From positions 1 to 55,857 of the IMG/VR virus record IMGVR_UViG_3300049491_001100: a stretch of 55,857 nucleotides of DNA; one strand, given 5' to 3'. Shown in pieces: positions 8,634 to 18,741 of this stretch. Position 1 is the first letter of the stretch. Every line of letters starts with the position of its first letter. The translations under genes and the position numbers were made by a program. A model generated the notes under the pieces. The model was given only the letters and a program-made list of their open reading frames with translations. It made no database searches and had not been told where the DNA came from. The DNA comes from a virus. Its lineage: Duplodnaviria > Caudoviricetes.

Positions 8634-9758
8634 ATGGCGAAGGGCGACCGAGAGGCAAAGAAGGCTAATGAAAGGTCCGTGCTGGACTACCTCCAGCAGC
8701 GCGGCCTAGAGGACGAGACCAGAGTTCGCGTACGGCGCAACTCCGCTGCCACGGCTGCCGTGGGCAGGGAGGCATTGTTCTCGGACCAGCTCAAAGACGC
8801 CCTCTCGGAAGTCTTCACCGAGCGCGTGATCCCAAAGTTCAAGCCGGGCAAGTCCAAGGGGAAGACACAGAGGATCCTGAACGTGATCTTCTCCGACACC
8901 CACTACGGCAGCGACCTCGATCCGCGAGAGCTGGGGCACAAGTACGGGCCCGTCGAGGAGGCTCGCCGCACGGCAGCGGTCTGTCGTGAGGTGGCGCAGT
9001 ACAAGCTGCACTACCGAAGCGAGACCGAGCTGTACGTTCACATCCTGGGCGACATCATCCAGGGTCAGCTCCACGACCAGCGAGACGGCAAGCCGCTCGC
9101 CGAGCAGGCGTCAGCAGCAATCCGCATCTTCGTCAACGCCATCACCTACCTCGCTCAAGCATTCCCCAAGGGCGTGACCGTGCTCTGCACCCCAGGCAAT
9201 CACGGCCGCAACTCCGCTCGTCATCGTGAGCGCGCAGTCAATCAGAAGTGGGACAGCATCGAGACGATCATCTACACCGCCATCAAAGAGGCGGTTCGCA
9301 ATATCTCGAACGTCAAGGTACTCGTCGACTACCCGGCCGAGTACGAGTTCGAGTCCTTCGACAACGTGGGCTATGCAACCCACGGTGACACTCACTTCAA
9401 CCCGGGCTACCCCGGTAAGAATGTGGATGCCGGTGGCTTGAAGCGCCAGATGGACTCCAAAAACAATGCTCGCGTTCTCGCTGGCAAGAAGCCATACAGC
9501 CTCTTCATCGTGGGCCACGTCCACGTCGGGACTATGCTCCACCTCCCCGGCGGGGCAATCGCTCTCACGAACGGCTGTCTTCTGCCGCCAGACGCATATG
9601 CCAAGACCATCGGCATCGACACCACGTCCTGCGGTCAGTGGATGTGGGAGTCGGTCAAGGGCCACATCGTCGGAGACGCACGGTTCATCACCGTCGACTT
9701 CGACACCGACAAAGATGACTCCCTCGATGGGATCATCCAGCCCGTGCTGAGGTTGTAG
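8634..9758 (+). CDS. calcineurin-like metallophosphoesterase
   Basis: SDTHYG, GDIIQG, PGNHGR, THGD, GHVH motifs. Confidence 0.85.
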   Translation: MAKGDREAKKANERSVLDYLQQRGLEDETRVRVRRNSAATAAVGREALFSDQLKDALSEVFTERVIPKFKPGKSKGKTQRILNVIFSDTHYGSDLDPRELGHKYGPVEEARRTAAVCREVAQYKLHYRSETELYVHILGDIIQGQLHDQRDGKPLAEQASAAIRIFVNAITYLAQAFPKGVTVLCTPGNHGRNSARHRERAVNQKWDSIETIIYTAIKEAVRNISNVKVLVDYPAEYEFESFDNVGYATHGDTHFNPGYPGKNVDAGGLKRQMDSKNNARVLAGKKPYSLFIVGHVHVGTMLHLPGGAIALTNGCLLPPDAYAKTIGIDTTSCGQWMWESVKGHIVGDARFITVDFDTDKDDSLDGIIQPVLRL

Positions 9759-9794
9759 GCCAGCGCGCCCACGGGGCGCGCAGAAGACACAGGA

Positions 9795-10010
9795 ATGACA
9801 ACGGCTCAAGCTAAAGCTCTCATCGAGAGCGATCCCGACTTCATCTACAGCAAGCGCTTCAATTACAGCCTCAAGGAACTGCAACTGCGGTACCCTGACG
9901 GCTGTCCAGATCGCATCATCGCCGCCGTCCTCATGATCACCGAGGACGACGTCGAGGCCGTGTATCAGAAGATCGTGCTCAAGCTCCGCAACTGCATGGG
10001 CCTCGGTTGA
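9795..10010 (+). CDS. small HTH protein resembling an isolated sigma70 region 4
   Basis: RYPDGCPDRIIAAVLMITEDDVEAVYQKIVLKLRNCM matches the sigma 4.2 pattern by eye. Confidence 0.55.
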   Translation: MTTAQAKALIESDPDFIYSKRFNYSLKELQLRYPDGCPDRIIAAVLMITEDDVEAVYQKIVLKLRNCMGLG

Positions 10011-10019
10011 TTCGCTATA
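10009..10019 (+). promoter_or_regulatory. phage motif GATTCGCTATA
   Basis: Fused to TGA; SD-led gene follows. Confidence 0.8.
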
Positions 10020-10038
10020 CGAATTGAGGAGGTTGGCG

Positions 10039-10260
10039 ATGAAGAATGAGACTCGGAAGTCCACCCTGGACGAGCTGTCACACGCCGTCGGGGAGTACAA
10101 CCACGCCAGAGGTAAGTGGCAAGAAGCTACGCGCATGGTCGAAGCCAAGCGCAAGGAAATGGAATCGTTCATGCGAGACGAGGCCAAGACCAAGGCAGAG
10201 ATGGATCGCTTTGCCGCCACCCTCTACCGTATCGCCAACGACCTGGAGAAAATGCCGTGA
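10039..10260 (+). CDS. hypothetical coiled-coil protein
   Basis: GAGGAGG RBS after the promoter motif. Confidence 0.7.
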   Translation: MKNETRKSTLDELSHAVGEYNHARGKWQEATRMVEAKRKEMESFMRDEAKTKAEMDRFAATLYRIANDLEKMP

Positions 10261-10610
10261 ACCAAGCTAAAACCCTGGAGAAGCTGCTCAAAGATCTCGA
10301 AGAGGCCTCACCAGCCGCTTTCTCGCCGGTTGCTGACGCAGCTCCCGGCCCCTTCCAGTTCAGCGATGCCCTGGACAAGAACAAGATCCGCGTCCAGAGC
10401 CCCAGCTACGTCAAGAAGAACTGTAACCACTGCTACGGCAAGGGCTTCGAGACCTACCTGATCGGGGGCGGTTACTTTCCCAAGGCTCCTGGGCACGTCA
10501 GCGAGCGCATTCCACGCCAAGCCCGCAGCCTCCGCGCCTGCCGCTGTGTGACTCGCGGCTACATCAGGGCTGCCATGGCCTTCATGAGAGCGAAGAAGGC
10601 GGACGAGTAG
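10257..10610 (+). CDS. hypothetical Zn-finger protein
   Basis: GTGA overlap; CNHCYGKG...CRC. Confidence 0.6.
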   Translation: MNQAKTLEKLLKDLEEASPAAFSPVADAAPGPFQFSDALDKNKIRVQSPSYVKKNCNHCYGKGFETYLIGGGYFPKAPGHVSERIPRQARSLRACRCVTRGYIRAAMAFMRAKKADE

Positions 10611-10615
10611 TAGCC

Positions 10616-10831
10616 GTGTGCAAGCACGATCACGTCCGCTTTGAGGATGGAACCCTACACCTGGTCTGCATCGACTGCGGACAGGTGTGGGCTGCCCTCG
10701 ATCGCAAGGGCGGAATGATCAATCACATGCTGACCTACGAAAACCGCATGTATTCGCCAGATACCCGTCACAGCCGTTGGGAAGTACCCCGCCTCACCCC
10801 GCTCACCCCGCCCAAAAGTAGCCGCCACTGA
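10616..10831 (+). CDS. hypothetical Zn-binding protein
   Basis: CKH...CIDC; stop overlaps the promoter motif. Confidence 0.6.
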   Translation: MCKHDHVRFEDGTLHLVCIDCGQVWAALDRKGGMINHMLTYENRMYSPDTRHSRWEVPRLTPLTPPKSSRH

Positions 10832-10840
10832 TTCGCTATA
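10830..10840 (+). promoter_or_regulatory. phage motif GATTCGCTATA
   Basis: Fused to TGA; 10 nt to the dnaE ATG. Confidence 0.8.
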
Positions 10841-10849
10841 CAGTGGTGA

Positions 10850-13800
10850 ATGCGCAACTTCGCGACGCCACACTGCCACGTACAGTCGCTAGATAGCGCC
10901 AGCACGCCCCAGGCCTTCGCTGAGCGCGAGTTGGAGTTGGACACCGGTGTCATCACGGTGACCGACCACGGCTCTCTGGCGGCCTGCCAGGCCGTCTACG
11001 AGCTGGCTCGCGAGAAGAAGCTGACCCCAGTCCTCGGCCTTGAGGGCTACTTCCGCGACGACAACTGCCCCATCCTCCTCAATCAGGGTGTGTCTAGGGT
11101 CAACGGTAAGTTCGACAACTTCATCAAGTACCACCACTTCACCACCCACTTCCTCGATCAGGCTGCGTTCCAGGTGGGTGTCAAGCTCCTGTCACGAGCG
11201 CCCATCGAGAAGCACGGGTCTGAATCCAAGCCGCTCTTCAACTGGAGCGACATGGAAGAGCTGGGGGCAGCCAACACCACGATCACCACCGGTTGCCTCA
11301 TCGGCATGGTGCAGCGCTTCCTCCTCGACAAGCAAAGCCCAGAACTGGCGATCAAGTATTACGAGCGGCTGCGGGCCCTGGTCAAGCCGGGGAACATGTA
11401 CGTTGAGGTCTTCCCCCACATCTGCTCCCACAACTGGGTCGACGGCGTCTTCCTCACTCTCAAGGAGGGTGACGGTGCGGAGTTCAAGCTCCGCTTCTAT
11501 TCTGGCAAGACACTCAAGACCAATGCGGGCGAGATCAAGGCCTCTGACCTGGCGACTGAGTTCAACCGCAAGGGCAACAAGCACGATACCTTGCTCGCGG
11601 TCAAGGACTACCACACCTGGAACGATCGCACCCCAGCCACCATCGTCGACGTTCAGGAGGTTGTGGACGAGCACGGCAACAAGGGCGCGTTCATCCAAAA
11701 CGAGTGCCGCCCCTTTGCTCCCGATGGCGACGTCCAGCTCGGTGCCAATCAGTTCATGTTGGAGATGGCGCAGAAGTACGGCGACCCCATTCTCGTCAGT
11801 GATGACAGTCACTACGCCCACCCCGAGGAGAAGATCGTCCAGGACGTGCGGCTGGCGCAGTCGGGGTCGTGGCGCTTCTACGGCAGCTATCACCGCCAGT
11901 CTAGCGCCGAGGCCTTCGAGTACTTCAAGAACAAGCTCAACGTCAGCGAGAAGCAGTTCGAGGGCTGGGTGGAGAACAGCCACGCCTGGGCGTCCCGCTT
12001 CAAGGACTTCAGGCTGGAAGCAAAGCCGAGTTTGCCGACGAAGTTCTACGAGGAGAAGTATGCAGCGGTTGGCGCAACCAACAGCCTGGAGTACACGCTC
12101 CACCTCATCAAGAAGCGCGGTCGCTTCGTCGAGAAGCCGGAGTATCGGGCTCGGCTGAATCAGGAAATCAAGCTCCTCTACGCCAATGGCGTCATCGATC
12201 TCCTCCCCTACTTCTTCATCGACGAAGAGGTCTGCGATCTCTACACCCGCAACAACATGTTGACGGGTCCCGGGCGAGGTTCGGCCGCTGGCCTCCTCCT
12301 CACCTACTACCTCGGCATCACCCACGTCGACCCCATCCGCTACGGCCTCAGCCTGGACCGCTTCCTCACCCTGGACCGCATCAAGTCGGGTAAGCTACCC
12401 GACATCGACCAGGACTTGCCCTCGCGAGATCTGCTCGTAGGCCCCGACGGCAAGCACGGCTGGCTCCACGAACGCTTTGGTGATCACGTGGCGCAGATCT
12501 CGACCGTGATGACGCTGCGCCTCCGCAACGCCGTCCTCGATGTCACCCGCTTTACCTTGGGCAAGGTGCCGCCGGTGGTGTCGGACCTCACGCGCAAGTT
12601 CCTGATGCCGCCTCAGGGGCTCGACGACCACAAGTTCGTCTTCGGCTATGAGGACAGCGGGGCCTGGGTCGACGGCTCTATCGTCCACGACACGGCTCTC
12701 CAAGAGTACGTCAGACTGTACCCGAACCAGTGGAAGATCGTGCAGAAGTGTCTGGGACTAGGTCGTGGCGTTAGTCGCCACGCCTGTGCCTACGTTATCG
12801 CTAACAAGCCCATTGTCGAGATGGGAATCCCGCTGACCAAGATCAGCGACGTCACTTGCACCGCATTCACGGCCAGTGCCGTCGAGGCCATGGGCGGGCT
12901 GAAGATGGACTTCCTCGTCATCAACAGCCTCAACGACATCGCCGCCGCCATCAAGATGATTCAAGACCGATCTGGTCTGACCGTCCCCGAAGACGGCACG
13001 AAAGTCGATGGTCGGTGGGTTCCTAGCGTCCAGCTCGTGCCGTACAAGGGCAAGCTCGTCGACATCTGGGATTTGCCACCGGCTCAAGAGGTCTTCGCTG
13101 ACATCGCCACCAGCAAGACTGAGACCGTGTTCCAGTTCAACACCCACGGCGCCCAGCAGTGGCTGAGAAATTTCGCCTTCAAGAAGGACAACGGCAACTA
13201 TACCATCGACAGCGTCGATGAGATGGCGGCGTTCACCGCCCTCGATCGCCCAGGCCCGCTCGACGCCGCCGTCACAACTCCTGGCCAGAAGAGGCAGGAA
13301 GAGTGGGAGAAGAGAAAGCGTCGTCCATCGCCGTGGAGTGACACCATCACAGGCGGTGTTGGTCTGTCGCCCGGCGCCCCCATCCCAGGCTTCGAGCCCG
13401 ATCGTTACGAGGATGAAAAGGATGGCAAGGTCCACAACATGCTCGTCGAGTACGCTCGGCGCGCTCGCGGGCTGGCGCCGTCGCCCGACATCTTCGCCGT
13501 CTTCGATAAGCTCTTCCCAGAGACCCACGGCGTCATGGTCTATCAGGAACAGCTCCAGCGCCTCTACCAGGAGGTGACCGGCTGTTCTGGTGCTGAGGCC
13601 GAGGAGTTCCGAAGCAACGTCGCCAAGAAGAAGAAGGAAAAGATCATCGAGGCCTACCCCAAGTTCATTGAGGGTGGCACCAAGAGCATGGGCTCGAAGG
13701 CGGCGGCGGAATCGGTGTGGCAGTTCATCCAGAGCTGGGCCGCATACGGCTTCAACAAGTCGCACGCTGTCTGCTACAGCGTTGTCGGCTACGCCTGCGC

Positions 13801-14935
13801 CTTCCTCAAGCACTTTTACCCGCTGGAGTGGTGGACAGCCGTCCTCCGCAACGCGACCAAGGAAGAGATCAACGAGAGCTTCTGGCGCCACTGCGGACAC
13901 CTGATCAACCTCCCCGATGTGACCAGGGCCCACAACAACTTCGCCATCGTTGGTGATCGCATTCAGGCCCCGCTGTCACTGCTCCAGGGCGTGGGTGAGG
14001 TCGCCCACCAAGAGCTGGTTGCTGGCGCACCCTATACCAGCATGGCAGACCTCGTGGCCAAGATCGAGCAGAAGAAGATCGATGGCACGAGACCGGGCAA
14101 GGTCAAGAAGACGGTGAAGGAGAAGGACCCCAACACCGGAGAGGAGACCAAGAAGAGGGTTGAGGTCGATGGTACCATCAAGGGCCGCAGTGCCCTCAAT
14201 CGAGGTATCGTCTACAAGCTCATCATCTCCGGCGCCATGGACAAGCTCTTCGATGAGGAGTTGACCACGAACGAGATGTTGGCTGCGTACGAGAAGGCTT
14301 GCTTCGACTACGAGCAGGCAGCCCGCGTCCTCGCCGGCAAGAAGCCGTCGAAGAAGGCGGCCCCACCACCAGTCGACAAGCGCTTCACTGGCCTCAACCA
14401 GTACACGCGCTACCAGCTCCGCAAGGAGATCTTGCCCGCGTACAGCGAGTCCGTGTTGAAGTCGTTGGTCGAGCGCAAGCACGAGCGCATCTTCCTGGGT
14501 TCACGCGGCTACGTCTACAAGTGGAGCAAGGCCGTCTCCTTCGGCGATCCCGAAGCTATCGCCAGGCTGTCGGCCGTCGAGTTCTCGGAGAAGGGGCAGG
14601 GGATCCGCGTCGCCGTGGCCGCCTATGTCTCCGACGTTCGCATCTTCCGCTACGGCGACAAGAAGCAGTTCGCGGCCTGTGATCTCAGCGTGGACGTTGA
14701 CGGAGAACGCATGAAGTTTGTGCGCTGGCCGACCCGCGAAACCGATGAGGACGGAGAAGAGATCCAGTTCCTCGACCACCGCTTTACGCCGGAGCTGAAA
14801 GGGGCGCTGGTAATCCTCGTCCTCGGACGATTCAAGACAGGTCGCCAATTCAGCATCGACGACATCGAAGTTATTCAGCCGGCGTATGTAGCAAAGACCG
14901 AAGAAGAAACCGAAGCAGAGGAGAGCAAAGAATGA
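10850..14935 (+). CDS. dnaE: DNA polymerase III alpha subunit (family C)
   Basis: PHP motifs HCH, TDHG, GLEGY, DSHY; GRGSAAG; PDIDQD; SRHAC; KMDFL; YQEQ; YGFNKSHA; C-terminal OB-like region. Confidence 0.96.
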   Translation: MRNFATPHCHVQSLDSASTPQAFAERELELDTGVITVTDHGSLAACQAVYELAREKKLTPVLGLEGYFRDDNCPILLNQGVSRVNGKFDNFIKYHHFTTHFLDQAAFQVGVKLLSRAPIEKHGSESKPLFNWSDMEELGAANTTITTGCLIGMVQRFLLDKQSPELAIKYYERLRALVKPGNMYVEVFPHICSHNWVDGVFLTLKEGDGAEFKLRFYSGKTLKTNAGEIKASDLATEFNRKGNKHDTLLAVKDYHTWNDRTPATIVDVQEVVDEHGNKGAFIQNECRPFAPDGDVQLGANQFMLEMAQKYGDPILVSDDSHYAHPEEKIVQDVRLAQSGSWRFYGSYHRQSSAEAFEYFKNKLNVSEKQFEGWVENSHAWASRFKDFRLEAKPSLPTKFYEEKYAAVGATNSLEYTLHLIKKRGRFVEKPEYRARLNQEIKLLYANGVIDLLPYFFIDEEVCDLYTRNNMLTGPGRGSAAGLLLTYYLGITHVDPIRYGLSLDRFLTLDRIKSGKLPDIDQDLPSRDLLVGPDGKHGWLHERFGDHVAQISTVMTLRLRNAVLDVTRFTLGKVPPVVSDLTRKFLMPPQGLDDHKFVFGYEDSGAWVDGSIVHDTALQEYVRLYPNQWKIVQKCLGLGRGVSRHACAYVIANKPIVEMGIPLTKISDVTCTAFTASAVEAMGGLKMDFLVINSLNDIAAAIKMIQDRSGLTVPEDGTKVDGRWVPSVQLVPYKGKLVDIWDLPPAQEVFADIATSKTETVFQFNTHGAQQWLRNFAFKKDNGNYTIDSVDEMAAFTALDRPGPLDAAVTTPGQKRQEEWEKRKRRPSPWSDTITGGVGLSPGAPIPGFEPDRYEDEKDGKVHNMLVEYARRARGLAPSPDIFAVFDKLFPETHGVMVYQEQLQRLYQEVTGCSGAEAEEFRSNVAKKKKEKIIEAYPKFIEGGTKSMGSKAAAESVWQFIQSWAAYGFNKSHAVCYSVVGYACAFLKHFYPLEWWTAVLRNATKEEINESFWRHCGHLINLPDVTRAHNNFAIVGDRIQAPLSLLQGVGEVAHQELVAGAPYTSMADLVAKIEQKKIDGTRPGKVKKTVKEKDPNTGEETKKRVEVDGTIKGRSALNRGIVYKLIISGAMDKLFDEELTTNEMLAAYEKACFDYEQAARVLAGKKPSKKAAPPPVDKRFTGLNQYTRYQLRKEILPAYSESVLKSLVERKHERIFLGSRGYVYKWSKAVSFGDPEAIARLSAVEFSEKGQGIRVAVAAYVSDVRIFRYGDKKQFAACDLSVDVDGERMKFVRWPTRETDEDGEEIQFLDHRFTPELKGALVILVLGRFKTGRQFSIDDIEVIQPAYVAKTEEETEAEESKE

Positions 14936-15672
14936 CCACCCAGAATCTGGCAACACTGAGCACCGCCATCGAGAACGCCGCCGCCGTCGCCAACAAGCGA
15001 TTGGAGGACCTACCGTCGTCGGTTCAGGGCGGATGGGCCACCGCAATCGCCGAAGCCAAGACCAAGCTGAAGACGCTGAAGGGCGAGTACAAGAGCGCTT
15101 TGCTGCGCAATGGCGTAGCAATCTTGCTAGAGGGCGATGCCCTCAAGATCAGCGAGTTCGTCAAGCTGGTCCGAGACGAAGGAGAAGGCCTCGCAGTCGA
15201 TGCGGGCGCCCTCTACCGACGCCTCGCCGAGGGGGTCGAGCCCACGTTCTCTGACAGCCGACAGTGGGGTGTGCAACAGACGTACAAGCTCACGCTCGAA
15301 CTCAAGGACGTGATGGAAGGCATCGGTCTGACCGAGCTGCCGATGGTGGATCGCAAGGTGATGCCAGTCTTGCCGACGACAGAAGACGTCGCCAACCACA
15401 TCCGAACCATCGTTCGTGAGGTCGCAGGCGATGAGCTGAACCGACTCTACATCGAGGAGATGGCCCTCAAGGAAGCGTTCGAGATTCGCTATACAGGTAC
15501 TTTGGCTCCTGTGCTGATCTTGAACGCAAATGCAGATGAAGCCGCCAATCTGGCCAAGTCATTTACTCAGGGTACCACCAGGGTAACCCTCAAGGAGGAA
15601 GACGAGATCAACAAGAAGTTCTTGTACAACGCATTCAAAGAAGCAAACAAGTCAATTCGCACCAAGAAGTAA
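14932..15672 (+). CDS. hypothetical protein
   Basis: GAGGAG RBS, ATGA overlap with dnaE. Confidence 0.8.
   Translation: MTTQNLATLSTAIENAAAVANKRLEDLPSSVQGGWATAIAEAKTKLKTLKGEYKSALLRNGVAILLEGDALKISEFVKLVRDEGEGLAVDAGALYRRLAEGVEPTFSDSRQWGVQQTYKLTLELKDVMEGIGLTELPMVDRKVMPVLPTTEDVANHIRTIVREVAGDELNRLYIEEMALKEAFEIRYTGTLAPVLILNANADEAANLAKSFTQGTTRVTLKEEDEINKKFLYNAFKEANKSIRTKK
15483..15493 (+). promoter_or_regulatory. phage motif GATTCGCTATA (intragenic)
   Basis: Perfect copy about 230 nt upstream of the SSB gene. Confidence 0.6.
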
Positions 15673-15719
15673 ACGCTCATAGAGCATTCGACCAACTCGC
15701 CCAATTAGGAGACACGCAA

Positions 15720-16889
15720 ATGGCAAAGGGATTTGGCAAGGCAAACCTCGACAACACCTACGAAGGCTTCAAGTACTTCAAGCTCCGCACCCCCGACCAG
15801 CGCAAGGGCGAAGAGTCGACGGAGCTGGTCCTCCGACTGCTGCCGGCGATGCACTCGTACGAGGACACCAGCGACTGGAAGTTCTACTACGGGCAGCACT
15901 ACGGCTACTTCGGGAACAACCCCCGCAACCCCGAGAAGCCCCGCTCGCGCCCGTTCGGCTGCATCCAGAAGAAGAACAAGAACAAGGAGATCGTCATCTC
16001 CTGCCCGAAGTGCGTCGAGATCGAGGGCGTTCGCGCTCTCCAGAAGAAGCGCGAGCAAGAGGTCGAGGCGGCTCACCCCAGCGCCGGTGACAAGGAGCTG
16101 CGCGAGATCAAGCGCGCCGACGACAAGCTCGCAGCCCTCGGCAAGTGGCTCTCCAACCACAACTGCGACAAGAAGTTCTGGATCAACTGCATGAACATGC
16201 AGAACGAGTTCGGCGTCCTCCAGCTCTCCTACAAGACCACGCAGGAGATCTTGATCCCGCTCCTCAAGAAGCTGCGCGACGAGGAGAAGATCGACGCCTT
16301 CGACGCGACCGCAGGCGTCTGGCTCAAGTTCACCCGCACTGGCGTCCGCCCCAGCGTCACCGACCGCATCGAGGTCTTCACCGAGACCGTCGACATCGGC
16401 CAGGGCCGCAAGGCGAAGATCAACAAGGTGGCGCCGCTCACGGACGAGCTGATCGAGAAGGCGCTCAAGATCTGCCCCGATCTCAAGACCAGCGTCGTCA
16501 AGTTCATCCCCGTCGAGACCATCCAGGCTCTCGTCGACTGCTCCGGCGACCCCGATGAAGTCGATCGCATCTGGCCGCAGGAAGCCGCCAAGACCGCGAC
16601 TCCGGCGGCGGCTGCCACGACCACGGTCATCGAGACCAAGACCGTGGTGAAGGAGCCAGTGGGACTCAGCGCCACCGTCGATGACGACGAGGACGGCCCC
16701 GTGGACGACGAGGAAGTGACTTCGGCTCCGGCTCAGGCGGCTTCGACTGCGCTCACGGAGGAGGAGCAGTTGGAGGCGCAATTGGCCGCCATCCGCGCCA
16801 AGAAGGCCACGCAAGCGGCCCCGGCGGCATCCGCTGCCCCCGCAGGCGATCCGGCCGTCGACGACTTCCTCTCGAAGTTCTCGGCGTAG
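15720..16889 (+). CDS. single-stranded DNA-binding protein, T4 gp32-like
   Basis: LRLLP, Zn ligands (C..CPKC), FWINC, G.WLKFTRTG, acidic tail ending DDFLSKFSA; located between dnaE and recA. Confidence 0.8.
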   Translation: MAKGFGKANLDNTYEGFKYFKLRTPDQRKGEESTELVLRLLPAMHSYEDTSDWKFYYGQHYGYFGNNPRNPEKPRSRPFGCIQKKNKNKEIVISCPKCVEIEGVRALQKKREQEVEAAHPSAGDKELREIKRADDKLAALGKWLSNHNCDKKFWINCMNMQNEFGVLQLSYKTTQEILIPLLKKLRDEEKIDAFDATAGVWLKFTRTGVRPSVTDRIEVFTETVDIGQGRKAKINKVAPLTDELIEKALKICPDLKTSVVKFIPVETIQALVDCSGDPDEVDRIWPQEAAKTATPAAAATTTVIETKTVVKEPVGLSATVDDDEDGPVDDEEVTSAPAQAASTALTEEEQLEAQLAAIRAKKATQAAPAASAAPAGDPAVDDFLSKFSA

Positions 16890-16898
16890 TCCAGACCT

Positions 16899-16946
16899 AA
16901 GCAGTGAGGGCGGTTCACCCCGCCCTCACTGCTTTTCTTTTTTTTT
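16899..16946 (+). terminator. rho-independent terminator
   Basis: AAGCAGTGAGGGCGG-loop-CCGCCCTCACTGCTT followed by a long T run. Confidence 0.92.
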
Positions 16947-16956
16947 GGAGGATGTC

Positions 16957-17577
16957 ATGGCCGAGCTACTGCTGAGCGCTGACGCGCTCGTGGTTCCGTC
17001 GAGTACGGGAAGACCACACACTTTCGACATGCGCAAGATCCACAAGGCAGAGTCCCGCCTGGTGGAGATGAACGGCATCACCAAGGCCAAGGCGGGCGAA
17101 CTGCTCTACACCGTCATCGACGCCTTTGGCGACGCCAAGGACTACCACGCCACGCTCAAGGGCGAGTTCGGACGCTGCAAGCAGAAGCTCCGCAGCGTCA
17201 GGGGCGTGATCGTTCTCGACAAGGCACCAGACGAGCTGAAGGCCAAGGGGTTGTCAAGCGCCCGCTCACCCGCAGGCAGTGAAGACCTCCGCGACAGCGT
17301 CGTCAACACCAACACCGACTACATGTTCTGGGCAGACGTTCTGGCTCAGGTGGAGGTCGCCTCCGATCGCATGGAGGCGAAGGTAGAGAAGCTGAAGATG
17401 GCCTACTACGCCATCAGCGACCTCATCAAGGGGCCCGATGTCCGCCGCGACACCAGCGGTGGCGTTGGAGACGATGCCCCAGGCTCCCTCAGCCGATCCG
17501 AGCAGACACAGCAGTTCGTCGAGGAGCAGGCAACGAAGAAGAACTACCCGAAGGGATTCGGCGCAGCAAAGCTCTAA
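16957..17577 (+). CDS. UvsY-like recombination mediator (putative)
   Basis: GGAGG RBS; all-helical protein with EDLRDSVV..NTDY; position between SSB and RecA. Confidence 0.5.
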   Translation: MAELLLSADALVVPSSTGRPHTFDMRKIHKAESRLVEMNGITKAKAGELLYTVIDAFGDAKDYHATLKGEFGRCKQKLRSVRGVIVLDKAPDELKAKGLSSARSPAGSEDLRDSVVNTNTDYMFWADVLAQVEVASDRMEAKVEKLKMAYYAISDLIKGPDVRRDTSGGVGDDAPGSLSRSEQTQQFVEEQATKKNYPKGFGAAKL

Positions 17578-17591
17578 GAAGTCAACAACTA

Positions 17592-17602
17592 CATTCGCTA
17601 TA
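17592..17602 (+). promoter_or_regulatory. phage motif CATTCGCTATA
   Basis: Upstream of the recA RBS. Confidence 0.8.
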
Positions 17603-17624
17603 GCACAACTGAGGAGTACGCACA

Positions 17625-18734
17625 ATGGCCAACAAATGGATGCAGAAGCTTCAGAAGATGGAAGGCGTCGTCACGGAGCGCAAGGACCGCTTCGCGAAGA
17701 CCATCAACACCAACTCACCGTCCGTCAACTTCATCTTCGGGAAGAGCCACGGCCTCCCGCTCGGATACACCGCCGTCCTCTACGGACCCCCGAAGGGCGG
17801 CAAGTCGGTCCTCAGCCACATGATGGCGGGATGGCTCCACCAGAGCGATCCCGATGCCATCGTGGTCAAGTTCGACACTGAGTATCGACTCGACGGCCAG
17901 CTCGACGATGAGTCGATGCGGGTCTTCGGCATCGACACCGACCGCTTGCTCCCGATCATGACCAACAGCCCGATGACCATCTTCGACCAAATCGAGAAGG
18001 ACATCGCCGCCAACTGTCAGGCTGGGGCACCGATCAAGATGATCATCATCGACTCTGTCTCCGGCATCCAGGGCCGCCGCGAGATGCAGAACGAGTCTGT
18101 GGAGAAGCAGACCATCGGCGACCACGCCCAGACGATCCAGATCGGGCTCAAGCGCATCCTGCCCGTCATCCGCGAGCACGACATCGCTCTCGTCCTCATC
18201 GCTCAGGTCCGGGCCGAGATGGACAGCACCGAGCAGATGCGAGGCAACAAGTTCAAGATGAACGCCGGCTTCGGTCTCCAGCACATGGCCGAGTACTTTA
18301 TCATCGTCGAGCCCAACAGGAACGTGGCTGGCCGCAAGGACATGCTCGGGCGCGAGTTCGTGAACGAGGACGTCAAGGACTTGGCCGGCAAGGGCGAGTC
18401 CACGGCGATGAAGATCCGGGTCAAGATGAAGGACAGCTCCATGGGGCCCAAGGGGCGCATGGGCGAGTTCACCTTCGACTTCCACAAGGGCGTCACGAAC
18501 CAGTGGGAAGAGATCGTCCGCCTCGGCAAGGGCTACGGCATCATCGAGAACCCGAAGCAGGGCTACTACAGCTTCGGTGGCCAGACCTGGCACGGCGAGG
18601 AGAAGATGATCAAGGCCATCGCCGACGATGCCGCGCTCCAGAACGGGATCGTGGAAGAACTGCGGCGCCGAGACGCGGGCGGCGCCTTCGAGAAGTTCGA
18701 CAAGACCACCGACGAGGAGGTCAGCGCCGAATAG
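17625..18734 (+). CDS. recA: RecA/UvsX recombinase
   Basis: GLPLG..AVLYGPPKGGKS (Walker A), FDTE, IIIDSV, LIAQVR. Confidence 0.93.
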   Translation: MANKWMQKLQKMEGVVTERKDRFAKTINTNSPSVNFIFGKSHGLPLGYTAVLYGPPKGGKSVLSHMMAGWLHQSDPDAIVVKFDTEYRLDGQLDDESMRVFGIDTDRLLPIMTNSPMTIFDQIEKDIAANCQAGAPIKMIIIDSVSGIQGRREMQNESVEKQTIGDHAQTIQIGLKRILPVIREHDIALVLIAQVRAEMDSTEQMRGNKFKMNAGFGLQHMAEYFIIVEPNRNVAGRKDMLGREFVNEDVKDLAGKGESTAMKIRVKMKDSSMGPKGRMGEFTFDFHKGVTNQWEEIVRLGKGYGIIENPKQGYYSFGGQTWHGEEKMIKAIADDAALQNGIVEELRRRDAGGAFEKFDKTTDEEVSAE

Positions 18735-18741
18735 CTTTAAC

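Noticed and set aside
9764-9782. GC hairpin GCGCGCCC-ACG-GGGCGCGC as terminator
   Set aside because: No U-tract follows; function cannot be supported
5132-14935. Inteins or introns in nrdJ/dnaE
   Set aside because: No C/S...HN splice termini or LAGLIDADG blocks seen; catalytic motifs are contiguous
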